Shown here: positions 30,030-43,028 of the stretch, in pieces
Layout: the number at the start of each line of letters is the position of its first letter
Numbering within the stretch: position 1 is the first letter of the stretch
Assembly (NCBI RefSeq): GCF_006345805.1
Contig: NW_021835963.1
Location: 136,001-200,000 of the forward strand
Length of the DNA: 64,000 nt
DNA from: Octopus sinensis
Taxonomy: Eukaryota
Reading direction: 5' to 3'
Program-made: the position numbers and the translations under genes
Notes under the pieces: generated by a model
The model's database searches: none
Seen by the model: the letters and a program-made list of their open reading frames with translations, nothing else
What the model was told of the DNA's origin: nothing

Positions 30030-30090
30030 TAATCTGTGAATGGGCAAAAACGTGTTGTCACCGAGAAACCTAGTTGAAAGATGTATATTT

Positions 30091-30121
<31 letters not shown>

Positions 30122-31199
30122 GCGAATACAAAATACATGGATATCGTTTGTGAAATAGAAGCATGACAGTCGTTTGACAGAATGGTGTATCTGTGTCCTT
30201 ACGTGAAATTGGGGAAGTTAGTTATCATCGTCAACCTGCCAACACTTTACTCCAAGATAACCCCACAATTACCAAAATAAAACAAATTAAAACAAAATAG
30301 GCATTTCGTCTGCCGCTACGTTCTGAGTTCAAATTCCGCCGAGGTCAACTTTGCCTTTCATCCTTTCGGGGTCGATGAAATAAGTACCAGTTACGCACTG
30401 GAGTCGATATAATCGACTTAATCCGTTTGTCTGTCCTTGTTTGTCCTCTCTGTGTTTAGCTCCTTGTGGGTAATAAAGAAATAGTTATATATATTCAGAC
30501 ATTAACACACTTAAGAGTGGTTCTGCTTTTTCTAACACTATCTACTTAATTTATCAACAAGTTTTAATTTTCTACTTCTTTACTTTTTTCTTCTCACTTA
30601 TCGAAAGGGTGGGGGGTCCATGGCAACGAATAAATAAATCAGATATAGCACGTTTCACTTGTTATCTGCTCAGCGGTCATTTTACCAATAGTGGCAACGT
30701 CTTTGTATCATAATTAATGTGAACATTCAATTGAAGGGAAATATACTACGTTACACGTCCAGAGATAACATCTCTTATGGACGTATTATGTTTCGAAACA
30801 CAATATATATATATATATAGAAGACGTCCCAATAGTGGCTAACGAGAACGCTTGATGCATTTCGGCCACGTTGGGCCTCATCAACCTCTGCCTCTCTTCC
30901 CGTTGCTTTGCCAGCATCTTCCATCAAATCATCAACGACTTTCTGTAAACCGATTACCTATTCTTGTTTGTATGCGGAAACCTCTTTGGTCAGATATTTA
31001 TGACTGCGATAAAATAATGAAGGCAATATTTATTAAGCAAGTGAACACTACTATACAAAGAAATAATTAGAGGTAAAAAAAACTCTGAGTAACAGTTTTT
31101 TTTAGATGTCTTAGCAGCTTTATTAATAAAGCATATTACTCTAATTCCGGTATTCGAATACTATTTTTCCATCCTGTTTCACATTTATGTGCTTACTCT

Positions 31200-31260
<61 letters not shown>

Positions 31261-31436
31261 TACTAATATAGGATGAAGCTTTTTTACAGAAAAAAATTTC
31301 ATTAAATAAGTGGCAGCATATTAAAATACCTTTAAAGGTATAATTATAATTATATATATATATATGTGTGTGTGTATGTCTATATATGTATATATAGAGA
31401 TAGATACATACATATATATATACATATGTGTGTATA

Positions 31437-31593
<157 letters not shown>

Positions 31594-32629
31594 CGGTTCG
31601 GCAATAAAACCTAATAAAATAAGTACAAGGCTGTGAAAAAAATGTAAAATTCCTGGGGTCGATTTGTTCGGCTAAAACTCTTCAAGCAGTGCTCCAACAT
31701 GGCCGCAGTCAAATGACTGAAACAAGTAAAAGAATAAAAGAATATATATATAATGTTACGAAGGATAAATAACTTTATTGATCGTGTGACAGATTTGAAG
31801 TATGCTCCACATTTTTGTGCGTCTTTGCCGTGTGGCGGACGATTTGAAATGATGGAGGAAAGCGCGCTGTCAGTTGGCATCGTGAAGAACGCACGGTGTC
31901 GGTTACATCGAAAACAAACAGTAAAATGGAAGAGTCAGTGTGAAGTTGGCTGCGAAAATTGTCGGTGTTACGTTGGCAACGTAAACAAACGTCGGGTGTG
32001 AATTTGGTAATGAAGATGTTACACAAAACATCCAGACACATCTGACTACTTCTTCCACTCTAAGCAAGTTGATTTGCTGGGCTGGCTTGCGGTTTCCTTG
32101 CTGCTGACTTGACTGTTGGATCCGTGTTAGTGTCAAGAGATCCCATTTTGCAACATTTGGTGTCATAAGTGGGATTTTTATTGCTGCAGTGAGCCAATTA
32201 TTCGTTATGGAGTTGAAAAGAGTGCACACAAAGAGACAGGCATGGGAAGAAGATGTGTTTTGGGCTACAATCATGAAAATACTACAAGACCAATGTGATC
32301 GACTGACTGAGTTTAAGTAAAAGCAGAAAGCGCAGCCTACACAACTTCAAGACAGTTGGACATATGGTGCAAGGATCTCAAAACCATGTCCTTGTTTGTC
32401 CTCTCTGTGTTTAGCCCCTTGTTGGTAGTAAAGAAATAGGTATTTCGTCTGGCGCTACGTTCTGAGTTCTAACTCCGCCGAGGTCGACTTTGCTTTTCAT
32501 CCTTTCGGGGTCGATAAAACAAGTACCAGTTATGCACACTGGGGTCGATATAATCGACTTAAACCGTTTGTCTGTCCTTGTTTGTCCTCTCTGTGTTTAG
32601 CCCCTTGTGGGTAATAAAGAAATAAGTAT

Positions 32630-35600
32630 AGATTAATGTTGAATAAAAATAATCTAGATGATTAGCTTCTCCTTTGTGAGTTCAACTCTGGATATGGGCG
32701 ATAAAAACAAGTACAAGTTTATAACCGCGCTAAATTCAATAGACTATACAAGAGATTACGAAACGATGTGTCGCAACACATTAGTATGTCGGCGATAATC
32801 CCTTGACGTGCCACAAAATTAAGTAAAATCTAATGACCGTCATACCACACGAGTAGTCAATTGTCTCTTCTCTTCACTTCTTCATGGAATCGTAATAATG
32901 CCGCCACGAGATACGGAGTGTTTTGCGTACATAAACATGCGAAACCCGTCCCTCTCTGAGTAAAAACGCAGACGATTTGTTTTAGAGAAGGGGAGGAAGA
33001 GGAGTGGGTGAGAGAGAGAATATTTTAAATTGTTTATTTGTTAATTTCTTTGATTTGAGGTAAATCGAAGAAAACTCAATGCATCAGGAAAATTTGTGTT
33101 TTAAAAAAGCGGGACACTAATGTGAAAAGTTTGGAATGTCCGGAGTTATATAATCTTTCGTGACAAATTCATTATCTTCAACGAATTTCAGAAAATCGTG
33201 TTTTGTTACACAAAATCTTCAGTGATACAAGCTAAACGATAATTGATTCTCAACCCACCATTATCTTACTACCGAGGCTGCTAAATGCATGACCATCTCC
33301 TCTTTTAAACATAATATATCTTATTGTGGGTATACATGGGCATTTGAGACTTCAAGTCGAAAAAGTGGGGAATGTTATATAAGCATCATGGTTGACTTGA
33401 AATAACGAAACGAAAGCAGTATTATTTGCAATCGAGAAGAAACAAAAGGAATACTAATACATCGGTTTCAAATTTCAAATCTTGGTCAGTAATTTTGAGG
33501 CCATGGCGTAAGTCGGTTACCTTGACCTCTTTTACTTGTTTCAGTCATTTTACTGTGGCCATGCTGGAGCACCGCATTCGGTCGAGCAAATCGACCCTGG
33601 GACTTATTATTTGTAAGCCTAATACTTATTCTATCGGTCTCTTTTGCCGAACTGCTAAGTTACGGGGACGTAAACACACCAGCATCGGTTGTCAAGCGAT
33701 GTTGGGGGGGGGACAAACACAAACAAACGTATACACACACATACATATATATATACATACATATATACGGCGGGCTTCTTCCAGTTTCCGTCTACCAAAT
33801 CCACTCACAAGGCTTTGGTCGGCCCGAGGTTATAGTAGAAGACACCTGCCCAAGGTTCTACGCAGTGGGACTGAACCCGGAACCACGTTGTTGGTAAGCA
33901 AGCGACTTACCACACAGCCACTCCTTAGCTTTTATCTCACATAATTTCTTGCTAAATGAACGAGTATTTGTTATTTGTGGAAATAACTTAGAACTTAATA
34001 CTGCTTCCTAGATCGCCCTAGATAGTGCACTTCAACTTAGATGTATCAATATACAAAACAGAACCCTCATGATCGTATAAGTGGAGGTTTGATTACGGTA
34101 CCTGAACCTCATGCGATATTATGTGACAGATAAATTTGTACATAAAAATAGACTTTAAGATAGGATCTAATGTAATACATCTGAAAACAATATAACTTCT
34201 GAGATAAAAAAAATTGTTAAAATAATACCTCGAGATAAACATTTGAACTTACATACCGTGGCACTTCTTAGGTTACGACGAGGGTTCCAGTTGGTCCGAT
34301 CAACGGAACAGCCTGCTTGTGAAATTAACGTGCAAGTGGTTGAGTACTCCACAGACACGAGTACTCGTGTACGTAGTTGTCGGAGAGATTCAGCATGACA
34401 CGGGGTGTTACAAGGCTAGTCCTTCGAAATACACGTACAACAGAAACAGGAAGAAAGAGTGAGAGAAAGTTGTGGGGACAGAGTACAGCAGGGTTCGTCA
34501 CCACTCCCTGCCGGAGACTCGTGGAGCTTTAGGTGTTTTCGCTCAATAAACACTCACAGTGCCCGGTCTGGGAATCGAAACCGCGATCCCACAATCGCGT
34601 GTCCGCTGCCCTAACCACTGGGCTATTGCGCCTCCACGGACTTATATATATATATCTAAATATAGAATTGGTGAGAATTCCACATAATACGCATTTCATG
34701 ACACACAAAAATTAATAAAGGGTTCAACTTTCGCTAGAATCTTAATGTGGTGTGTGTAAGTCGGTTACATCGACTCCAGTGCTCAACTGGTACTTATTTT
34801 GTAGACTTCAAAAAGGTGAAAGGCAAAGTCCACCTCGTCAGAATTTGAACTCAAAATGTAGAACCTAAATCTCTTCTAAGCATTTTACCCGAGGCTTTGA
34901 CGATTCTGCCAGCTCGCCGCCTTATATAAAATAAACATATCCTTCTCGATCCCAGGCCAGGCTTATGAGGACAGGTGTCCCGGTTTCAATGGTGTATATA
35001 TTCTCCACTGGGATGGGACGCCAGTCCATCGCAGGTTTACTTATGTTTGCCAGCTGAGTGGACTGGAGCAACGTGAAATGAAGTGTTTTGCTCAAGAACA
35101 CAACGCATCGCGCGGTCCAGGAATCGAAACCACAATCTAACGATACTCTTACCACTGAGCCACACGCCTCTACCTTAGCTTAAATAATACTTGTTATTTC
35201 TACTCTACTATACAAGGCTTGAAATACTGCGGGATGAGCCTTGTCGATTGCATCGGCTTCAGTACTTGAATGATCCTTATTTTATCAACCCCGAAAGGAT
35301 GAAAGGCAGATTCGATTTCGGTGAAACTTGCTCTCGGAACGTCAATCCGGAGGAAATGCCACAAAGCATTTTGTCCGATACGCTAGAGATTCAGCGTAAT
35401 CCTTCTGCTATAAGCACAAGGCCTGAAATTTAGGGAAAGGGAAGTCGATTACATCGACCCCCAATGATTAACTGGTACTTGTTTTGATGAAAGACAAAGT
35501 CGACCTCGGTGAGACTTGAACTCAGAACATAAAACCGTGAGAAATGCCGTTGAGCATTTTGTTTGACATCAAAATCGAAAGCCACAAGCTATGGCCTCGT

Positions 35601-35850
35601 AGATTATTGTATGTATGCGAATTACGTCACTTTATTTTGCTTTGAAATAAATTACACCAGACACGTTTTTTCTCTGTTATTTTTTTCCCCCTTTCCATCC
35701 ATCTTTACCTTCATCCCCTTCTGTTTAAGAGCATAGGCTCGAAACATCAAACAAGCTCCATTTCTCCTAAAAAGAATTCTGTTTTATTTTGTTCAATTTA
35801 TTCTACCATGACATGATGTTTCCCATAGGCCAACAAATTGACATACAGAC
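32630..35850 (-). repeat. Inverted segmental duplication, right arm
   Basis: Reverse complement of 9774-12420, with two extra SINE insertions (~33527-33925, ~34255-34637) and without the Helitron 11513-11717. Confidence 0.97.
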
Positions 35851-35895
35851 ATTCTGAATTATCTCCTCTCCTGAAATTTCATCAGCATAGAAGCG

Positions 35896-35946
<51 letters not shown>

Positions 35947-35950
<4 letters not shown>

Positions 35951-36250
35951 AAATTAGAAAAACCGCCTTTTATCACTTCAAAATGAACAATTAAATTACA
36001 CCATTTAGAAAATAATAGAAATATTAAAATTAAAATAATAAAATACCAATGATTAAGTAAATTGCAAAACAATAATAAAAACGTATATAATTGGTTTTTA
36101 TAATTTTTTTGCAATTTACTTAATCATTGGTATTTTATTGGTATTTTATTGTTATTTTAATTTTAATATTTCTATTATATGTAATTTACTAGATGGTGTA
36201 ATTTAATTGTTCATTTTGAATTGATAAAAGGTGGGTTTTTTCTAATTTTT
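35947..36250. repeat. AT-rich palindrome / foldback (MITE-like) in (TA)n
   Basis: aattagaaaaacc..cttttatca..caaaatgaacaattaaattacaccat...aaataccaatgattaagtaaattgc is mirrored by gcaatttacttaatcattggtatt...atggtgtaatttaattgttcattttg..tgataaaagg..tttttctaatt. Confidence 0.85.
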
Positions 36251-36337
36251 ATATATATATATTATATTTTGTGAAATTTGATTTAGTATTTCTAAATTGA
36301 ATTTTTCCCTGTAAGTTAGGATTAATATTCCCTCAAA

Positions 36338-36373
<36 letters not shown>

Positions 36374-36376
<3 letters not shown>

Positions 36377-37790
36377 GAAGGCATTCGCTGGTCTAGAGAG
36401 ACCATGGATCTACGCTCGAAGAGACTGTGCCAATTGCTGATCGTAGTGCAGCGTCTTTTGTGCGTGTAGAGGCCCACACAGGAGTGGCAGTCATATATAC
36501 AGCAACTGCACTTGAAGGAACCCTCTGTCAGCGCCACTGGTTTTTCCTTCTGTCGAGTGCTCTTTTCTTTAGTGACGAGTTCATGTTTTTCTTACCCTAA
36601 CTTCATCCGTTTTCGCAGAATTTGTCTCCAGCCTGGGCAATCATTTGCGACCTCCTCCCACCTAAGAACGTCCATGTCAAGCGATTTCATATCTCCTTTG
36701 CATACGTCCTTGAAACGAAGATGAGGTCGCCTTCGTGCTCTTGTGCTGGTAAGGCGGCGAGCTGGCAGGCCGGGCGAAATGCTTAGCAGTATTTCGTCTG
36801 CCGTTACGTTGTGAGTTCAAATTCCGCCGAGGTTGACTTTGCCTTTCATCCTTTCGGGGTCGATTAAATAGTTACCAGTTACGCACTGGGGTCGATATAA
36901 TCGACTTAATCCGTTTGTCTGTCCTTGTTTGTCCCCTCTATATTTAGCCCCTTGTGGGTAATAAAGAAATTGGTAGCTATTCCATATACAGAAGGAGTTT
37001 TGAGATCCTTCGTCCGGCATGCGATGTGCATGACCGAGCCTTTGCATACGTCCTTGAAACGAAGATGAGTCGCCTTCGTGCTCTTGTGCTGGTAAGGCGG
37101 CGAGCTGGCAGGCCGGGCGAAATGCTTAGCAGTATTTCGTCTGCCGTTACGTTGTGAGTTCAAATTCCGCCGAGGTTGACTTTGCCCTTTCATATCCTTT
37201 TCGGGGTCGATTAAATAGTTACCAGTTACGCACTGGGGTCGATATAATCGACTTAATCCGTTTGTCTGTCCTTGTTTGTCCCCTCTATATTTAGCCCCTT
37301 GTGGGTAATAAAGAAATTGGTAGCTATTCCCTATACAGAAGGAGTTTTGAGATCCTCTCGTCCGGCATGCGATGTGCATGACCGAGCCAGCGCAGACGAC
37401 GCTGCTGGAGCAGGGTGACTACATTGGATATCTTGGTTGAGGACTTGGGTGTTGGTGATGCGGTCGGACCACTTGATATCCAAGATGCGTCTCAAATTAC
37501 GAGGGTGGAAGACATTGAGACGCCTCTCCTGTCTGGAGTAGAGGCTCCACGTCTCACTGCCGTAAAGTTGTGTGCCGTAAAGTAGTAGTGTACTAAGGAC
37601 GCACACCTTATAGACAGTGATCTTGATGTTTTCAGCCAGTTTTCTGTTTTCCTAGACTTCGTTTGTGAGCCTGGAAAATGTGGAGGATGCTTGTTCAATT
37701 CGCTTTTTGATCTCAGGGTCCAGGGAGAGATCATCAGCAATGGCAGAGCTGAGGTAGGTAAATATTGATGGATTACCTCCAGCTTGTAGG
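36374..37790 (-). mobile_element. RTE (BovB-like) LINE 3' fragment with nested SINE and tandem duplication
   Basis: FTYLSSAI.DDLSLD.EI.KRI.QASSTF.RL...LYGSETWSLYSRQERRLNVFH.R.LRRIL.IKWSDRITN..VL...RWLGH..RM...LRFKDVCK, and C-terminal C2H2 CSCC..DCHS.VGLYTHKRRC. Confidence 0.9.
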
Positions 37791-37797
37791 TTGTTGA

Positions 37798-37976
37798 AGG
37801 TGATGGTGGTGGCGGGGGTGATGGTGGTCACGGGGGTGATGGTGGTCACGTGGGTGATGGTGGTGGCGGGGGTGATTGTGGTCACGGGGGTGATGGTGGT
37901 GGCGGGGGTGATGGTGGTCACGGGGGTGATGGTGGTGGCGGGGGTGATGGTGGTGGCAGGGGTGACGGTGGTGATG
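37798..37976. repeat. G-rich 18-bp minisatellite (GGGGGTGATGGTGGT[CAC/GGC])n
   Basis: About 10 tandem units. Confidence 0.92.
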
Positions 37977-38106
37977 TCTTTGTAAGCCTAGTACTAATTC
38001 TATTGGTTTCTTTCACCGAACTGCTAAGTTACGGGGACGTAAACACACCAGCATCGGTTGTCAAACGATGTTGGGGGGACAAACACAGACACAGAAACAC
38101 ACACAC

Positions 38107-38147
<41 letters not shown>

Positions 38148-41100
38148 CATATATACGACGGGCTTCTTTGAGTTTCCGTCTACCAAATCCACTCACAAGG
38201 CTTTGGTTGGCCCGAGGCTATAGTAGAAGACACTTGCCCAAGATGCCACGCAGTTGGACTGAACCTGGAACCATGTGGTTCGTAAGCAAGCTACTTACCA
38301 CACAACCACTCCTACGCCTAACCGCTTATAAAATATATTACTGCGCATATTCCTTAGAGCGCGCTTCTTTGGATATATGATCCACTGACTAGACATATGT
38401 ATATCTGTGTGTGTATGTGTGTGTGTGTGTGTGTGTGTCCATCACCGCTTGACAACCGTTGTTGGTGTGTCTACGTCATCGTAACTTAGCTGATAGGCAA
38501 AAGAGAAGCCGATAGAATATGCATCAGGCTTTAAAAAATAAATCGTGGGGGATCGATTTGTCCAGCTAAAACACTTCAAAGCGGTGCTCCAGCATGGCCG
38601 CAGTCAAATAGTTGAAACAAGTGTAAAGGAATAGGAGAAAAATATTGTTGAATATTTCTAGTACCAAGGGCAATAACTCGAGTATGAGTTACAATGGCTC
38701 GGAAGAGTTACTTACCTTGCAGAAAGAAACGCTATTTGACATTCGCAAAAGTATGCTCATGAATAAAGGCAGGGCTATTTTATCAATTGCTTCTCTGACG
38801 TATTTAATAATTCGGAACGTTGTTCAGTGATACACGACGAATAAGTGAAGCGTGCATTAAACGGACATCAAAAATGCTGCATGAAGATAATATGAAATGT
38901 CGGCTTTAAAGTTTGGTACAAGGCCAGCAATTTCGGAGCGGGAGATAATCGATTAATAGCTACCCCAACCCCAACGCCCTGCGGGTGCTTATTTCTGGGG
39001 TCGATTTGCTCGACTAAGGCGTTGCTTCAGACAAATGACGGAAAAAAATAAAAGACAAAAGAATACCAGATTCATACGAACTTTCTCTTTGCCATTATGA
39101 GGTGTTTTTTTTCTTTGCTGTTGTAATTTTTTTTTTTGCATTGGGGGTCGATGTAATCGACTAACTCCCGTCTCCTGAAATTACTAGCCTCGAGCCAAGA
39201 CTCGGACCAATGCGTGTTTGTGCGTGCGTGCATACACAAACACCAGTTGAGTAGAGAGGTTGGTGTAATTGACCAATTCCCACCAAATTTTCAAGTCTTG
39301 TGTTTATAGCAGAAAGAATTATGCGATGTGTTGGTATATTGGCAGGGCAAGATGCTTAGCCACATTTCGTTCTAAGTTCAAATTCGTCTGAGGTCGACTT
39401 TGCCTTTCATCCTTTTGGGATCAATGAAATAAGTACCAGTTGAGTACTTGTGTTGATATAATTGACTTAACCCTCCTCCAAAATTGCTGGCCTTGAGCCA
39501 AAATTTGAAACCAGAAACAAGTGTGAGATTATCAAAACGTGGCCTTATTTGGTATTGAATCTCACTGTATTGGCTAAAAGTACCAAAATAAATAAATAAA
39601 TAAATAAAAAGTGGAGTAAAGATAAGATTCAGCCAGGAGTCCATTGCTAGCCGTATTCTTGTTTATGCCAAAGGACTTTTGGTCCTGCCACTCACTCCGT
39701 CTGACAGCTAGCCGGACAGCACCTAGTGAAACGCTGTGCTAACCAGGCCCTGACCGGATTCTGTCCATCTTAATTTTGTTTTGTCAGGAGCGCAAAGTGA
39801 AGTAAAACACTTTGCTGGAGAACACAATACGTCTCCCGCATCAGGAATCGAACCCACGACTGGTTGATGGCATATCCAGTCATTAAAGCGCTTGGCCTAA
39901 CCAGTAGGTTCACCACGCGCTTTAATGACCAACATTATGAAAATCTAAATCAGTGTTTGTCGAATATTTTTCTGTTGGTGGCGACTCTAAATCACGTCTT
40001 AATTCTAAATATAGTTTATGCCAAAGGACTTTTGGTCCTGCCACTCTCTCGGTCCGACAGAACCTAGCAAAACGTAAAGGAAGGAGCAGGTACTCATGAT
40101 GTTTGCAAGCCTTCCTAAGAATGGTGTGGGTGAATGCTGTTACATGTTCTTTTTAAACTACTGCAGGTAAAACATGAGCAACATGGAGATTCCAGAGGGA
40201 GCGAGTTCAGGAGGGGGGGAAGAAATATTGGGAATGCTGCTTGGTATGGGAAGAGAGAGTGATGTAATATACAAATATATCTGAGTGGATGTGTGTAAGT
40301 ATTCTTTTATTCATTTCAGTTATTTGGCTGCGGCCATGCTGGAGCACCGCCTTTAGTCAAACAAATTGATCCCAGGACTTATTCTTTGTAAGCCTAGTAC
40401 TTATTTCTATCAGTCTGTTTTGTCAAACCACTAAGTTACGGTGACATAAACACACCAACATCAGTTGTCAAGCGATGGTGGGGAAACACAAACATATATA
40501 TATATATATATATATATACATACATACATACATACAATGGGCTTCTTTCAGTTTCTGTCTACCAAATCCACTCACAAGGCTTTGGTTGGCCCAAGGCTGA
40601 ACCCAGAATCATGTGGTTGGTAAGCAAGCTACCTACCACACAGCCATGCCTGCACCTATGTATGTATGTGTTTTCCTTTCAAGTTAATTTTGACTGACCA
40701 TTAGTTGCATTTTTTATTTGTGCCACAGGTATACTGTTATTTGTTAACATTTCCTACTCAATAAATCTCTTGGATAGGTGTGTACTTTTGAAGACATCAT
40801 CATCATTTCACATCATTCCATGTTGGCATGGGCTGGACAGTTTGACAGGAACTGACCATCTGAAGAGCTGCTCGGGCTCCATGTCTGTTTTGGCATGGTT
40901 TCTATGGCCGGATGCCCTTCCTAATGCCAACCACTTCAGAGAGTGTATTGGTTGCTTTAAAGCAGCACTGGCACAGGTGCGTTTACATAGCACCAGCAAG
41001 GGTGCTTTTTACGTGGCATCAGCATCTACGAGCCCACAAGATTAGGAATACTCAGCCAGAGAGGGAAGCAGGGGACATGCTGTATACAAGGAGGACAACA

Positions 41101-41321
41101 GTGCTTTTAATTAGCTTGGCGTGTTTTCTCAGAATAAAATCTGTCTTACTTGAAAAACTGGGAAGGGTTAATAATGGGAAGGATATCTAGCTGTAAAACT
41201 GATGTTTCGATAATATGTATTCATCTAACCCATGCTAGCGCAGAAAAACAGACATAAAAATAAAGAAACACACACACAGAAACAACAACAAAAATTATCA
41301 ATGAGGATATAAGAAATATCA

Positions 41322-41327
41322 TTTATT
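41322..41327 (-). terminator. Candidate polyadenylation signal (AATAAA) of PQBP1
   Basis: tttatt on plus, about 55 nt past the stop, followed on minus by GT/T-rich sequence (TTTTTGTTGTTGTT). Confidence 0.55.
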
Positions 41328-41381
41328 AAATGTACACATGAAAAAAAAAACCCTGCAAAGATTTTTCCCCCCCAACCGTCT

Positions 41382-41526
41382 TCAGTCTTCCACTAACTGT
41401 CGGTTCATACGAAGAACATCTCCAGGTGCTGGGTAAGGGCGTTGTTGGTACAAGGGACCAGAAGCTGTAACATCAGCGCCTGTCTTAGCTTCACCTCTCT
41501 TATCCAATCCAGTAGACCAAGTACCC
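41382..41526 (-). CDS. PQBP1: PQBP1 exon 7 (C-terminal domain, stop)
   Basis: [47 protein letters not shown] includes the YxxPxxVL motif that binds U5-15K/TXNL4A. TGA at 41384-41382. Confidence 0.97.
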
Positions 41527-42386
41527 CTTTAAGAAGATCAAAGGAAAATGCAAACAAATGAATATATATGTCTTTATTGCCCACAAGGGGCTAAACACAG
41601 AGGAGACAAACAAAGACAGACAAAGGGATTAAGTCGATTACATCGACCCCAGTGCATAACTGGTACTTTATTTATCGACCCCCGAAAGGATGAAAGGCAA
41701 AGTCGACTTCGGCGGAATTTGAACTCAGAACGTAGCGGCTGATGAAATACGGCCACGCATTTCGCCCGGCGTGCTAACGATTCTGCCAGCTTGCCGCCTT
41801 GAATATACTTCAATAAAAAATGGTATAAAATTTCCATTAGAAAACCAAGGTTTACAGAGAAAAGCTATATCATAAAGGCAGGCATCAGCCAAGGTTGACT
41901 GTATACTCTCTTTTACTCTTTTATTTGTTTCAGTCATTTGACTGCAGCCATGCTGGAACAGCGCCTTTAATCGAGCAAATCGACCCCAGGACTTATTCTT
42001 TTGTAAGCCAAGTACTTATTCCATCGGTCTCTTTTGCCGAACCGCTAAGTGACGGGGACATAAACATACCAGCATCGGTTGTCAAGCAATGCTAGGGGTA
42101 CAAACACAGACACAAACACACATATATATATATACACATATACGACGGGCTTCTTTCAGTTTCCGTCAAACCAAATCCACTCACAAGGCTATAGTAGAAG
42201 ACACTTGCCCAAGGTGCCACACAGTGGGACTGAACCCGGAACCATGTGGTTGGTAAACAAGCTACTTACCACACAGCCACTCCTGCACATAAATACAAGG
42301 CAAGGCAGACAAACCTCCCATGTTAATTTATATTCTAAGTATTAGCTTAATGATGACAGAGTCATTTAACTAAATGTTTTCATTGA

Positions 42387-42932
42387 CCTCGTCTTGTTTG
42401 TTGTTAACACAACGTTTTGGCTGATATACCCTCCAGCCTTCATCAGGTGTCTTGGGGAACTTTTGAACCTGGGTTCTCATTCCTAAGGTATTTTTCGATG
42501 TTATTATTATTAATATTATTATTATTATTATTATTCGGGTCACTGCATGGAATCGAACTCAGAATGTTGGGGTTAGTAGCCTGCGCTCTTAACTACTATG
42601 CCCACGGGCATATGGCATAGTGGTTAAGAGCACGGGCTACTAACCCCAAGATACCAAGTTCAATTCCAAGCAGTGACCTGAATAATAATAATAACATTGA
42701 AAAATACCTTAGGAATGAGAACCCAGGTTCGAAATTTCCCCAAGACATCTGATGAAGGGTGGAGGGTATATCAGCCGAAACGTTAACAACAAATGTTAAC
42801 AACAAACAAGATGAGGACAAATATCCGTCAAATGTAAATAATGTAAATAATCATCATCATCTTTTAACGTCCGCTTTCCATGCTAGCAAGGGTTATGATG
42901 TACATAATTCCTCATCTCTTAAATATAGAACT
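42387..42932. mobile_element. Palindromic element: head-to-head tRNA-like head + Penelope-type hammerhead-like units
   Basis: Arms ~42387-42602 and ~42613-42816 are reverse complements. Each has A/B boxes and a CTGATGA-stem-(G/A)AAA-CGTT motif. Related shorter copies at ~55080-55150 and ~55553-55722. Confidence 0.75.
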
Positions 42933-43028
42933 GTATGTTTTCATTATTTTCAAAATAAATTACAACAAAGGTAGTGTGTTTCAACAAGAATATAATAAGA
43001 TAAAATAAAAGTGGGGTTAAACACTGAC

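Noticed and set aside
31740-32385. Coding exon in the ORF cluster 31753-32274
   Set aside because: No recognisable motif or convincing splice pair; probably a decayed TE.
33426-33944. Recurrent RRASFSFRLPNPLTRLWSARGYSRRHLPK ORFs as a gene family
   Set aside because: Antisense reading of SINE family A, found at every copy; no splice structure.
32630-35850. Inverted SLC22 paralogue on the plus strand
   Set aside because: No copy of exon 2 or exon 3 was seen on either side; only intronic sequence is duplicated.
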